Shown in pieces: positions 1 to 9,702 of a DNA stretch of 64,000 nt. How positions within the stretch are numbered: position 1 is the first letter of the stretch; the number at the start of each line of letters is the position of its first letter. Position numbers and translations under genes: made by a program. Under the pieces are notes generated by a model. The model searched no databases, had not been told where the DNA came from, and was given only the letters and a program-made list of their open reading frames with translations. Origin of the DNA: Candidatus Krumholzibacteriia bacterium (GTDB lineage Bacteria > Krumholzibacteriota > Krumholzibacteriia > JAJRXK01); NCBI GenBank assembly GCA_041484665.1, contig JBGPIA010000002.1:288001-352000 (forward strand), in the 5' to 3' direction.

Positions 1-14
1 GTGCTCGGGCGCCG

Positions 15-812
15 TCATGCAGCATCTCCTGGGGATGGCGGTATCGCGGCCACCGCCTGTGCGAGGTGCTCTGCATCCAGCGTACCCACGATCAGCGCGT
101 CGATGAAGGGATTGTTGAGCACGAACGCGACGGCTGCGGCAGCCTCCTTCGCCGGGTCCGTGCCCGCGGCCAGGTGACCGCTGCCCAGCCCCTTGATGGC
201 CAGGACACCCAGCCCCGCCGCGTGCGCGGCCGCCAGCGCCTCGCCCAGCGCGCGATCGGCGCGATGGAACGGGGCCATCACCACGTCCAGAGCGTCGCAG
301 GCCTGCCGGATGCCGGCGTCCGTCTTGGCCGAGATCCCCACGGCGCGCGCCAGCCCGGACTGCTTTAGGCGCCGCAGCCCCTCCATGGCATCGGTCTGCG
401 TGAGGATCTCCAGGTCCCGCCCGTCGGAGTGGAGCAACAGCAGGTCGACGGCGTCCACGCCCAGATCCCGCAGGCTCGCCTGCGCGGACGCGACGATCGC
501 CTGGGCGGAGAAATCGAATCTCGATCGCCCTGCCTCGTAACGCTCACCGGCCTTGGTGCCCAGCACCAGCGCGTCGCGGTGCCGCTGCACGAAGCCGCGC
601 AGGCGCCGCTCGCTGCTGCCGTAGGCGGGCGCCGTGTCGATGAGGTTGACGCCCAGCGCCAGCGCGGCGGTGAGCAGCGCCTCCACCTGCGGATCGGATG
701 GCAGCTCGAAGGACGCCGGGTACCGCACGCCGGTGTTGCGCCCCAGCTTGACCGTGCCCAGCCCGATGCGCGAAACGCGCAGCCCGGTGCGGCCTAGCGG
801 ACGTCGCTCCAC
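15..812 (-). CDS. Aldo/keto reductase
   Basis: C-terminal part of ORF 15..2081. GTG start at 812 (VERRPLGRTGLRVSRIGLGTVK) has GGAGG upstream. AKR motifs: GVNLIDTAPAYG, SL..LG.D..DLLLLH, AVGIS. Confidence 0.9.
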   Translation of the reverse strand: MERRPLGRTGLRVSRIGLGTVKLGRNTGVRYPASFELPSDPQVEALLTAALALGVNLIDTAPAYGSSERRLRGFVQRHRDALVLGTKAGERYEAGRSRFDFSAQAIVASAQASLRDLGVDAVDLLLLHSDGRDLEILTQTDAMEGLRRLKQSGLARAVGISAKTDAGIRQACDALDVVMAPFHRADRALGEALAAAHAAGLGVLAIKGLGSGHLAAGTDPAKEAAAAVAFVLNNPFIDALIVGTLDAEHLAQAVAAIPPSPGDAA

Positions 813-2140
813 GTGGCCTCCTCCCAGGGCGGACGCGCGATCGGCGGGCTCGGCCAGGCCGACCAGGCCGGCGTGGTCGCGCACGCCATCGCCTCGAGCG
901 CGGTCGCCGCAGCCGTGGGCCGTCCCGACGCCGAGGACGCCAGGGGCGTGGCGGGCGAGCGCGCGGCGGTTGCGCCGAGCGCGCGGTCCACTTCGCCGAG
1001 AACCTCCTCGGCCAACAGTGGCGCGAGCGCCAGCTTGGTAGGCCACGCCACCACCGCGTTGGGCCCCACGCGCTCCACGTGAACTCCGCTGGGGCGGCGC
1101 CCACGCGCATCGCGTGCTTCGGCGCGCGTCGCTGCGTAAGTGGCGATGCGCAGGCCGCGCTGGTCGAGCGCGGGCAGCCAGCGCCGCAGCTCGGCCAGGG
1201 CGTCGCGCTGCACCAGAGAGTGGTCCTGGCTGTACGCGTGGCGCTCGGCGAGCTCGCCGCCCACCTGCCAGACGGTCTCGCCTTGGTAGTCGACGGCCGT
1301 CACGGTCAAGCGCGTCTTTCCCCCGACGACGCAGTGCGCATACAGCGGCGGCAGGGCGCCTCGCAGCAGGACCATGCACAGCGGGCGGCGCTGCATGCGC
1401 CCGGGATCCTCGCCGGCGCGCGCCAGCAGATCCGCGTTGCCCGCCCCCGCCGCCAGCACCACCGCGCGCGGCCGCAATTCGGTTGGCGGCGCCCCCGGAT
1501 GGGAGCGCGCGCGCACGGCGAGCCACGGCGGGCCGCCGCCGCCCCCGGTGCGCTCCGCGCGGACCACGTCCACCCAGGCGGCGCCGGGACCGCAGGCATA
1601 GGAGCGGATGCGATCGCGGTGGGGCTCGGCCAGCGCGGCGAGCAACGAACTGGTGTCGACCACCGGCTCGGCCATGCGGTACACCGCCGCGGCGGATCCA
1701 GGCAGCGGAGCCGGCCACTGCGGCCGCGGAACCCGGCGCGGCCGCGTGGCCAACAGCCCGGCGCGCGCAACCACCGGCATGATCCCCAGAGCCTGCACCC
1801 GCGCGACCAGCGAGCGGCGCGGCAGCCACAGCAGGCAGTCCTGCGAGAGGAGCTTCGCCGCCGAGAGATCGGGGGCTTCCCGCCCCTGCAAGTGCCGCCT
1901 CCAGCGCTCGGGCATCTCGCGGATGGCCGCCACCGCCGAGAAGTCGCGGACGCCGCGCAGCGCGTACTTGCCGCCGCCATGGATGATGCCCTGCGACTGG
2001 ATCGTCTGGCCGTGGCCCAGGCCTTGCGCCTCCAGCAGCAGCGCCGTCAGGCCGGCGCGATGCAGGCGATCGAGAATCCACAGGCCCGCCACACCACCAC
2101 CGAGGATCAGCACGTCGAGCCGCGGCTCAGCAGGCTCCAC
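794..2140 (-). CDS. FAD-dependent oxidoreductase (DAO/GlpA-like)
   Basis: N-terminal Rossmann motif DVLILGGGVAGL, plus GQTIQSQGIIHGG and C-terminal AWPTKLALAP. Overlaps the AKR gene. Confidence 0.85.
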   Translation of the reverse strand: MEPAEPRLDVLILGGGVAGLWILDRLHRAGLTALLLEAQGLGHGQTIQSQGIIHGGGKYALRGVRDFSAVAAIREMPERWRRHLQGREAPDLSAAKLLSQDCLLWLPRRSLVARVQALGIMPVVARAGLLATRPRRVPRPQWPAPLPGSAAAVYRMAEPVVDTSSLLAALAEPHRDRIRSYACGPGAAWVDVVRAERTGGGGGPPWLAVRARSHPGAPPTELRPRAVVLAAGAGNADLLARAGEDPGRMQRRPLCMVLLRGALPPLYAHCVVGGKTRLTVTAVDYQGETVWQVGGELAERHAYSQDHSLVQRDALAELRRWLPALDQRGLRIATYAATRAEARDARGRRPSGVHVERVGPNAVVAWPTKLALAPLLAEEVLGEVDRALGATAARSPATPLASSASGRPTAAATALEAMACATTPAWSAWPSPPIARPPWEEATWSDVR

Positions 2141-2179
2141 CGTCGTCTCCCGTCGCCGCCGTCCCCAGGCTTGGGAACG

Positions 2180-3085
2180 CTACGGCGTCTCGTTGGCGGG
2201 CGGAGTATAGGCGGTCAGCTCCGCCTCGATCGCTCCGACGGGCACGCGTGCGCGCAGCTTGATGGGCACGCGCCGCGCATCGTCGGTGAACCACACGAAG
2301 AGATCCCCCTCGTGCTTGAACAGCCCGTCGTCCGCGATCACGGGTTGCACCACCAGGCAGGTGACCGGTCCCAGGACCGAGTCCACGATCTCGCGGCTGT
2401 GGATCTTGATCTTGAGCGGGTAGAGCGCGGTGTCCCCGTGGGTGGGCAGGTCGAACTCCATCCCGGGCTGCAGCACCATGGCGCGCACCTTGAAGAAGGC
2501 GGATAGAATGTCCTGCACCCCGGGCGGGGTGTCCACCTCCTTGCCGTCGGGAAAGTAGGCGCGATGGAGCCGCTGGTTGAAGTGGATCTCGATGTCGCGG
2601 CGGAAATCGCCCTCCCGCTGGTGCTTGCCGTAGTAGCGCGTGTGCAGTGAGTCGACGTCCATGAAGCTGTCGGCCTGGTCGCGCACCTTGAAGAAGGCGT
2701 CGAAGAAGCGCAGGCTGCGCGCGCGGGTACGCAGATGGTAGACCGTGGAGCCGTCGTACTCCAGCCGATCGAGCACTTCGATCGTGGACTCGCCCGCCGT
2801 CACCGGCCCGTACTGGATCTTGAACGAGCACACCTCGCCCGGGCCGAAGGGCACCGTAGCGGCGGCGCGCGGCGCGCCGGCGGCCAGGCAGAGCAGCGCC
2901 GCTGCCGCCACGCTCGGCAAGAGCCCGCAGCGCGCAGGGCGACCCAGGCTCTGCGGCCGCTGCGCGGTGGCGCCTCTGGCCCTCGCGCCGCGCGTGACCC
3001 ACGCGGGGGCGTGGAGCGTCCTGAAGAAAGGCCAGCGGGAGGTCCAAGTTGCACCTGAGATAAGTGATCTAAACATTTGCAACAT
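2180..3085 (-). CDS. DUF3108-like exported protein (start uncertain, may be downstream)
   Basis: Hydrophobic signal-like stretch, then PFGPGE..F.I.YG, FFKVRD...S, D.LSAF and W.TDD.RRVPIK patterns typical of DUF3108. Confidence 0.7.
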   Translation of the reverse strand: MLQMFRSLISGATWTSRWPFFRTLHAPAWVTRGARARGATAQRPQSLGRPARCGLLPSVAAAALLCLAAGAPRAAATVPFGPGEVCSFKIQYGPVTAGESTIEVLDRLEYDGSTVYHLRTRARSLRFFDAFFKVRDQADSFMDVDSLHTRYYGKHQREGDFRRDIEIHFNQRLHRAYFPDGKEVDTPPGVQDILSAFFKVRAMVLQPGMEFDLPTHGDTALYPLKIKIHSREIVDSVLGPVTCLVVQPVIADDGLFKHEGDLFVWFTDDARRVPIKLRARVPVGAIEAELTAYTPPANETP

Positions 3086-3194
3086 ATTCGTTTACGTTCG
3101 AAACGACCTCCGGTCACCCCGGGACGGGCCCGCTGGAGCAACTCTTCGCAAGAAGCATGCAAGCCGCCCGGCCCGCCAGGTCGGCCGCGCCGGC

Positions 3195-4022
3195 TCAGAG
3201 CCGCAACGGCGGTCCCTTGACCGTCTCGACGCGCAACGCGCCCTGCGCGCTCCCCTGCGGGCCGACGGCGCGCACCTCGATCTCGCCCAGGCGCAACTTC
3301 GCCAGTCGCAGGAACACACCGATTCCGCTGAGCCCACACAGCACCAGCCCGTGCACCCCATCGCGCGCGCCCAGCTGCAGCACGTACTGGCGCAGGAATC
3401 GCGCCGACGGCGCCAGCGACAGTCGCCACGGCCGCGCGCTGCGCCCCGCGGCCGCGGCGTCCGCCGCTCCGCGCGTGGAGTACGACAGCAGGCGCTCGAA
3501 CGTGCTGTCCCAATCCGCGTAGCTGAGATGCTCCAGTCGGCCGCGGCACGTGCCGGCTCGGCTGCCCGGCCTCAGGCAGACCTCCTCGTGCACGGCCCGC
3601 TCGTCGTAAGCGCCGCGCTCGCGTAGAAAAAAGCGCAGGACGCGGTCGCGCCCCCAGCCCGCCCCGTGGACCACGCGCCCGAAGAACACGTTGCGGCGGC
3701 GGATCCAGTAGCCGTGGCGCGCACAAGCCTTGGCGAGGCGCACGAGCTCCTCCGCCAGCGCCTGCGGAACCCGCTCGTCGGCATCGACCACCAGCGCCCA
3801 CGGTGTCGTGAGCTGCCCCAGCCCCCAATTCTTCTGCTCGCCATAGGCGACGAACGTGCGGCGGTAGACGCGGTCGGCCAGCGGCAGTGCGCGCTCCACC
3901 GTCGCGTCGGTGCTGAAGCTGTCCACCAGCACGCGCTCGTCGCAGAACGCCAGCGAGCGCAGGCAGTCGACGATGGCCTCCTGCTCGTTGCGCGCGATCA
4001 CCAACGCCCCGATGCCGTTCAC
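3195..4022 (-). CDS. Glycosyltransferase family 2 (WaaE/KdtX-like LPS beta-glycosyltransferase)
   Basis: IARNE, VDSFSTD.T, W.LVVDADE and VHE motifs. Lies in the LPS core cluster. Confidence 0.85.
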   Translation of the reverse strand: MNGIGALVIARNEQEAIVDCLRSLAFCDERVLVDSFSTDATVERALPLADRVYRRTFVAYGEQKNWGLGQLTTPWALVVDADERVPQALAEELVRLAKACARHGYWIRRRNVFFGRVVHGAGWGRDRVLRFFLRERGAYDERAVHEEVCLRPGSRAGTCRGRLEHLSYADWDSTFERLLSYSTRGAADAAAAGRSARPWRLSLAPSARFLRQYVLQLGARDGVHGLVLCGLSGIGVFLRLAKLRLGEIEVRAVGPQGSAQGALRVETVKGPPLRL

Positions 4023-5113
4023 GGCGCGCCCGCCTGCCCGGCGTCGCGCGATGCGCGTGCACCCGGCCCAGCCGCCACGCGCGCCAGCAGCGCGGCGCAG
4101 GCCTGCAACACGTCACGCGGGCTGAGGGCGTCCAGGCACGGGTGCCCCGGAACCGGACATACGGTGCGGTTGCAGGGGCGACACGCAACGTCGTGGGTGG
4201 TCCAGGCGTGCTGCTCCCCGGGCGGCTGCCAGCCGCGTGGATCGGTGCTGCCGTACAGCGTGAGCGTAGGGACCTCCTCCGCCACGGCGATGTGCTTGGG
4301 TCCGCTGTCGGTCGTCACCACCAGGTCGGCGAGCGCCAGATGCGCAGCCAGTTCCGGAATGTCGCAGGCCGGCAGCGCCTGCGCCGCCCCGTCCGCCAGT
4401 TGGACGATGGCATCGCGGGCGCTCTCCTCGCCCGGTCCCCAGGCCACGACCACCTGCGCGTCGAGCTCCCCACGCAGCAACTGCGCGAGCACCGCGAAGC
4501 TCGGTAGCGGCCAGGCCTTGGCCGCCCAGGTGGCGCTGGGATTGAGCACGACGCGCGGGCCTGCTCGCTCCGGCAGCCCTGCGGCGAAGGCGCGTGCGGC
4601 GAGATCGGCGGCGGCAGGACGCGGCAGCGCCACCGGCCGCCACGGGCCGGGATCGAGGCCCAGCGCGCGCACCCAGTCCAGGAAGACCTCGCCCGCGAAG
4701 CGCGGCGGCCCCGGCGTGGGCGACACCACGTGGGTGTAGGCCCAGGTGCGCAGGCGACGCCGGCGACCCACGCGCACGGCGGCGGAGGTGGCCCGCGTCC
4801 ACGCCGCGGTCTGGGGCGTGCCCATCAGATCGAGGACCATGTCGTAGCGCCCGGCGCGCAGCCGGCGCAGCCAGCGCAGCGCCGCCGCGGTGCGCGCCCA
4901 CGGCGGGCCGCTGGCGGCGGCACGGCGGTCGTACACCAGCACCGCATCGAGGTGGGGGCTGCCCTGCACCGCCGGCGCGGCGAAGCGGTCCACCACCAGC
5001 TCGATGCGCGCGTGCGGCCAAGCACGTCGCAGCGCGGCCGGGACCGCCATCGAGACGATCACGTCGCCCAGCGCCTTGCGCCGCAGGATCAGGATGCGCT
5101 GGCCCTCAGTCAT
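4019..5113 (-). CDS. Glycosyltransferase family 9 (heptosyltransferase)
   Basis: ATG at 5113 (MTEGQRILILRRKALGDV). K.WP, VTTDSGPKH and C-terminal CRPC motifs. Confidence 0.88.
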   Translation of the reverse strand: MTEGQRILILRRKALGDVIVSMAVPAALRRAWPHARIELVVDRFAAPAVQGSPHLDAVLVYDRRAAASGPPWARTAAALRWLRRLRAGRYDMVLDLMGTPQTAAWTRATSAAVRVGRRRRLRTWAYTHVVSPTPGPPRFAGEVFLDWVRALGLDPGPWRPVALPRPAAADLAARAFAAGLPERAGPRVVLNPSATWAAKAWPLPSFAVLAQLLRGELDAQVVVAWGPGEESARDAIVQLADGAAQALPACDIPELAAHLALADLVVTTDSGPKHIAVAEEVPTLTLYGSTDPRGWQPPGEQHAWTTHDVACRPCNRTVCPVPGHPCLDALSPRDVLQACAALLARVAAGPGARASRDAGQAGAP

Positions 5114-6266
5114 GGGCGGCTCCTGGACCGGCGGCAGCCGCGCCGGCCGAGGGCGCACCCGACGCGCTGCGGGTCGCGCTCGCAAGCACCGCGTGCAGCG
5201 CGGCGCGGACCTCTTCGGGCAGCAGCGTCCGCAGACACGTCAGGTGCACGCACTCGTGCAGATGGCAGGGGCGGCAGGGCACCGGCTGCACCACCACACG
5301 GTACGGCCCGAAGCGTTCGTGGGGAAACCAGATGTCGGGCTCGGTCGCACCGAATACACCGACCGCCGGCACGCCCAGCCCTACGGCGCAGTGCAACACG
5401 CCGCCGTCGTTGCCCACGTACGCGGCGCTGGCGGCCAGCAGCGCCAGCAGCGTCCGCAGCGGGAGGGGGTCGAGCACGCGCAACGGCGCCGAGCACAGCG
5501 CCGCAACCCTGGCCGCCAGCCCCGGCTCGGCCGGGGCGCCGACCACCCAGAGCGGACCGATGCGGTCGTGCGCCAAGAGCGCCGCCAATTGCGCCCAGCG
5601 CTGCGGCGGCCACGCCGTGCTCTGCCACGTGCTGCCGGGATGCAGCAACACCGGCCGCGTGGCTGGATTCAGGCCCAAGGTGGCCTCGGCCGCCGCGCGT
5701 TGGTCCGCGGCGACCGCAATGCGGACCGGGCCCGCCGCCACCTCGCCCAGCAGCGGCACGAGCTTGTCGAGGTGGTGGCGCACCGCGGAGCGGTCCCCGG
5801 CGGGATGGCTGCGGCGATGGTGATACACGATGCTGCGCAGCCCGCGCGCGGGACCTACCGCGACGCGCGGCCGGCACAGCGCCGTGAGCACCGCGCTGCG
5901 CGGGTTACCCAACAGGTCGATCCACCAATCAACGCGTGGCCGCCACAGGCGGCGTACCAGCTGCGCCGTGGCGCGCCAGCCGGCGCCTTCGGGCAGCAGA
6001 TGGAGGCGATCGAGGTCGGGGTGATGCTCGAGAGCCGGGCCGTAGGGGGCGAGCGTCAGGTACTCCAGCGACGCCTGGGGCAGCGCTTCGCGCAGCGTGC
6101 GCAACAGCGGCGTGGTGAGCACGACGTCGCCCAGGAACTTCAGCCGCGTCACGAGCACGCGCCGGACGTCGTCTGCGAGCACGCCCACTCGCAGGTCGTG
6201 TGCGCCTGGTGCGCCAGTGGCGTCTTGCTCCACCGCGCCGGCGTCGCGCGGGGCAGGGATGCTCAC
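5106..6266 (-). CDS. Glycosyltransferase family 9 (heptosyltransferase)
   Basis: RLKFLGDVVLTTP, HPGS...WP, GNDGG.LH and CRPC motifs. Confidence 0.88.
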   Translation of the reverse strand: MSIPAPRDAGAVEQDATGAPGAHDLRVGVLADDVRRVLVTRLKFLGDVVLTTPLLRTLREALPQASLEYLTLAPYGPALEHHPDLDRLHLLPEGAGWRATAQLVRRLWRPRVDWWIDLLGNPRSAVLTALCRPRVAVGPARGLRSIVYHHRRSHPAGDRSAVRHHLDKLVPLLGEVAAGPVRIAVAADQRAAAEATLGLNPATRPVLLHPGSTWQSTAWPPQRWAQLAALLAHDRIGPLWVVGAPAEPGLAARVAALCSAPLRVLDPLPLRTLLALLAASAAYVGNDGGVLHCAVGLGVPAVGVFGATEPDIWFPHERFGPYRVVVQPVPCRPCHLHECVHLTCLRTLLPEEVRAALHAVLASATRSASGAPSAGAAAAGPGAAHD

Positions 6267-6736
6267 GGTTCCGCGGGACGGAAATGGCGCGTCGAGCGCG
6301 TCTTGGGATCACCGACGATCGCCAGCTCCCCGCCGTAGGCCAGCACCGTCGCGCGCTCGGGGATCGTCGCTGGCGTGTAATCGGTGCCCTTGGCAAAGAT
6401 GTGGGGGCGCAGCTGGCCGAGCACGCGGTCCATGGTGAGATCCTCGACGATCACGATCCAGTCCACCACGGAGAGCGCCGCGAGCACCTCCGCCCGCTCG
6501 CGCGCCGGGAAGTAGGGACGGCCCTCCCCCTTCAGCCCGCGCACGGAAGCATCGGAGTTGAGCCCCACGACCAGCCGGTCACCCAGCTCCCGCGCCGCGC
6601 GCAGAGAGCGCACGTGCCCCACGTGCAACAGGTCGAAGCAGCCACTGGTGAAGATGACCCGCTGCCCGGCGGCACGGGAGCGGGCGATGCGCCGCTGCAG
6701 CTCGTCCTCGCCCAGCAGCTTGCGCGCCGCGCGCAT
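6263..6736 (-). CDS. rfaE2: D-glycero-beta-D-manno-heptose 1-phosphate adenylyltransferase (RfaE domain II / HldC)
   Basis: SGCFDLLHVGH, VGLNSD.SV..LKG..RP and KGTDY motifs. ATG at 6736. Confidence 0.88.
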   Translation of the reverse strand: MRAARKLLGEDELQRRIARSRAAGQRVIFTSGCFDLLHVGHVRSLRAARELGDRLVVGLNSDASVRGLKGEGRPYFPARERAEVLAALSVVDWIVIVEDLTMDRVLGQLRPHIFAKGTDYTPATIPERATVLAYGGELAIVGDPKTRSTRHFRPAEP

Positions 6737-8028
6737 CACGCGCCCGCGCCCTCTTGCACGGGGGTCGCCGCCTCGGCCAGTACGCCCATGGCCGCGCGGG
6801 CCAGCGCGTCCCACGACAGACGGGCCCGCACGTAGGCACGGCCGCGCTCGCCGATGCCCGGCAGGAGCTCGCGGTGCTCGATCGCCCAGGCGATCCGCGC
6901 AGCTAGGGACGCGGGATCCTCCGCACTCGCAAGCAACACGTTATCCAGGTCGGCAAGCCCGGCGGGCAGGCCGGGCCCGGTCGTCGTCAGTGCCGGCGCG
7001 GCGTGATGCAAGGCGCTCCAGAAGCTGGTGTTCTTGCCGCAGAGGCCCTCGCGGAATGGGAAGACTGCCAGATCGCACGCCAGCAGACCCTCGCTCACCT
7101 GCTCGTGGGGCAGATAGCCCGGCCGCGTGAGCAGCGGCGCCAGCCGCAGCGTCTCGATCTCGGCCTCGACACGCTCCGCGTAGGCACGCAGCCGTCCAGG
7201 CGCGTCGGTGTGCAGCCCGGCGGCCAGCGTCAGGTGCGCCGCGCGCCCCTGCCCGCGCAGCAGCGCCAGGGCGCGCAGCAGAGACTCCAGCCCCTTGGCG
7301 GGATTGAGGAACCCGAAGTAGAAGAGCTGCAGCGGCCCTGCGCCGCGCGCCCGGCGTGGCGCCGCTGGCGCGCTGATGCCCGGGCCGGCCTCGATCGTGC
7401 GCACCCGCTCACCCAGATGGAAGCGCTGCTGCAGGCGCTGCTGATCCTGTGTGTTGGTGGCGATGCAGCGTGCGCTGCCACGGGCCAGACGCACCAGCGG
7501 AGCTGCGACGCCCGGCCAGGCGTGGGGCTCTTGCAGGTTGTGGAAGGTCGTCACTGCCGGAACGCCCAGCGGCGCGGCCAGCGCCGCCAGCTCGCACACC
7601 GCGGGGTGCAGCGCGTAGTCCTCGGCATGGTACTGGACGTTGAGCACGTGCGGGCGCACCGCCCGCAGCGTCGCCGCCACCAGGGGTAGCGCGTCCCAGC
7701 TCCAGCGCTCCACTGCACGCGCCAGCAGCACTCCGGCCGGATCGGGCGTGAACACCGGGGGCTCGGCTGACTGGAGCGCCGGCGGCGGCCCTATCCCAGT
7801 CTCCGGGGACAGGAGCTCGTGCTGGTGCTGCGGCCCGGCGGCACGCCCCGAGAGCACGAAGACCTGTGCGCCCAGCGTGACGAGCTCCGCCGCCAGACGG
7901 CTCACGTATTCGCCTACGCCACAGCGTGTGGGCGGATAGGTGGCCGATACCATCAGCACGCGCAACGGTTGTGCTGGACCCCCCGGAGCAGCCCCGCGGG
8001 TGACGGGCTCGTCGCGATCGCCGGACAT
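6736..8028 (-). CDS. Glycosyltransferase family 4
   Basis: YPP..CGVGEY, V.T.H, FGFLNP.KGLE and D..VFPF motifs. ATG at 8028. Confidence 0.85.
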   Translation of the reverse strand: MSGDRDEPVTRGAAPGGPAQPLRVLMVSATYPPTRCGVGEYVSRLAAELVTLGAQVFVLSGRAAGPQHQHELLSPETGIGPPPALQSAEPPVFTPDPAGVLLARAVERWSWDALPLVAATLRAVRPHVLNVQYHAEDYALHPAVCELAALAAPLGVPAVTTFHNLQEPHAWPGVAAPLVRLARGSARCIATNTQDQQRLQQRFHLGERVRTIEAGPGISAPAAPRRARGAGPLQLFYFGFLNPAKGLESLLRALALLRGQGRAAHLTLAAGLHTDAPGRLRAYAERVEAEIETLRLAPLLTRPGYLPHEQVSEGLLACDLAVFPFREGLCGKNTSFWSALHHAAPALTTTGPGLPAGLADLDNVLLASAEDPASLAARIAWAIEHRELLPGIGERGRAYVRARLSWDALARAAMGVLAEAATPVQEGAGA

Positions 8029-8038
8029 GGGCGCTAGG

Positions 8039-8653
8039 CTAGCAGCCCGCACCGCTTCCCGCGAGCCCCAGGCGCGATCGCAGCCACGGCACGGCCGCGG
8101 CCAGATCGAGCGCCACGTGGTCGGGACCCAACGGAGGGCCCGGCGGAAGCCCTGGCGCGATGCGCGCGCCGTTGCCGGTGAGCACCAGCACGGCCAATGC
8201 GCCGATCGCCCGCGCCAGGCCCAGGTCGGACTCCTTATCCCCCACCACCGCCGCAGGCAGGCCGGCCAGCCCCAGCTCCGCCTGGGCCTGCTCCACCAGC
8301 CCCGCGCCCGGCTTGCGGCACCGACACGGCGGTGCACCGGGCGGCAGCAGCTCGGCCGGCAGGTGGGGGCAGACGTAGACGCCATCCAGCCCCGCTCCGG
8401 CGACCACGAGCTGGCGCGCAAGCTCGGCGTGGATGCTGTCCACATCCTCGCGCGTCATCCGGCCGCGCGCGATGCCGCTCTGATTGGTGACGAGAACCAC
8501 CGCCGCGCCGTCGCGGCGCAGCGCGCCGATCGCCTCGGCCGCTCCGGGCAGCAACACCAGGCGCGCAGGATCGGCCAGATAGCCCGGGTCGTCCACGAGC
8601 GTCCCGTCGCGGTCCAGCCAGACCACGGCCCTCGCGCTGGATAGCCCGCTCAC
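8039..8653 (-). CDS. gmhB: D-glycero-D-manno-heptose 1,7-bisphosphate phosphatase (HAD IIIA)
   Basis: LDRDGTL, VTNQSG, CPH...C.CRKP and VGDK.SD motifs. GTG start overlaps the waaF stop. Confidence 0.92.
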   Translation of the reverse strand: MSGLSSARAVVWLDRDGTLVDDPGYLADPARLVLLPGAAEAIGALRRDGAAVVLVTNQSGIARGRMTREDVDSIHAELARQLVVAGAGLDGVYVCPHLPAELLPPGAPPCRCRKPGAGLVEQAQAELGLAGLPAAVVGDKESDLGLARAIGALAVLVLTGNGARIAPGLPPGPPLGPDHVALDLAAAVPWLRSRLGLAGSGAGC

Positions 8654-9702
8654 GCGAAGCTCCCCCCGCCCGCACCTGCCGGGCGCGCGTGCGCGGCCAG
8701 CAGCGCCTCGACAGCCTCGACCGCGCTCGAGGCCGGAAGCTGCTCGAGGCAGGGCAATCCGATGGGACAGCGGGAGCGGAAACACGGGGCGCACGGCACC
8801 GGATGCGGCCCGCAGCTGGACGCCGCGCGGCCGCGCGGCGCGGTCCACGCTGGCGACGTCGAGCCGAAGACGCCGACTGTCGGGACCGAGAGCGCCGCGG
8901 CCAGGTGCATCGGCCCGCTGTCGTTGCCCAGGAACGCTGCCGCTTCCGCCAACAGCGCCGCGAGCGTCGGCAGGTCGGTGCGTCCGGCCACCGAGATCCC
9001 CCCGCAGCCCTCCGCCACGCGCGCGCACAGCGCACGCTCCTGCGCGTCGGGGCCACCGACAACCACCGCCGTCAGGCCGTGGCGCCCGCACAGCTCGCGA
9101 GCGGCCGCAGCGTAGCGCGCTTCGCCCCAGCGCTTCGTCGGCCCGTACGTCGCGCCGGGGGACAGCGCGAGGAAGCTCCCCGCGGACGGGAGCGCGGGCA
9201 GCGCGGCACGCAGCGCGCGCAGGCCGGCGCGCCCTGCAGGACCGGGCGACGCGTGCGGCAGCGCCTCGCCAGCGCGCACGAGCCCGTCCGCACGCGCCAG
9301 CGACAGCCACGCGTCGGCCAGATGGACCGAGCGCGGCGGCCGCGGCCGGAGTTCGGTGAGCAGCCAGCGGCGACCGTCGCCGGGATGGCCCCGGCGCCGT
9401 GGCACGCGTGCGACCGCGGCCAGCGCGGCGGCGCGCAGGCTGGGCGGGAAGATCACCGCGAGCGAGGCGTGTTGCGCCCGCAATCGCCGGCCGGCGCGCA
9501 GGAGCCCGGGCAACCCAGCGTCGTTGCCCTGGCGGTCGAACGCCTCCGTCGCGTCCACCGCCTGCAGGTCCGCCAGCAACGCCAGCAGCGCCGGGTGCCC
9601 GACTGCCGCCACCTGCCCGTCGCGCCGCAACTCGGCGAGCGCCGGCAGGCAGAGGGCGACGTCACCGAGCCAGTTCGGGATCAGGGCGAGGATGGGCGGC
9701 AT
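8650..9702 (-). CDS. waaF: LPS heptosyltransferase II
   Basis: PNWLGD, PGATYGPTKRW, GNDSGPMH and CAPCF...CP motifs. Confidence 0.88.
   Translation of the reverse strand: MPPILALIPNWLGDVALCLPALAELRRDGQVAAVGHPALLALLADLQAVDATEAFDRQGNDAGLPGLLRAGRRLRAQHASLAVIFPPSLRAAALAAVARVPRRRGHPGDGRRWLLTELRPRPPRSVHLADAWLSLARADGLVRAGEALPHASPGPAGRAGLRALRAALPALPSAGSFLALSPGATYGPTKRWGEARYAAAARELCGRHGLTAVVVGGPDAQERALCARVAEGCGGISVAGRTDLPTLAALLAEAAAFLGNDSGPMHLAAALSVPTVGVFGSTSPAWTAPRGRAASSCGPHPVPCAPCFRSRCPIGLPCLEQLPASSAVEAVEALLAAHARPAGAGGGSFA

Noticed and set aside
1..18. Start of a further minus-strand gene (ATG at 18 overlapping the AKR stop)
   Set aside because: Only six codons are visible, so it cannot be identified.
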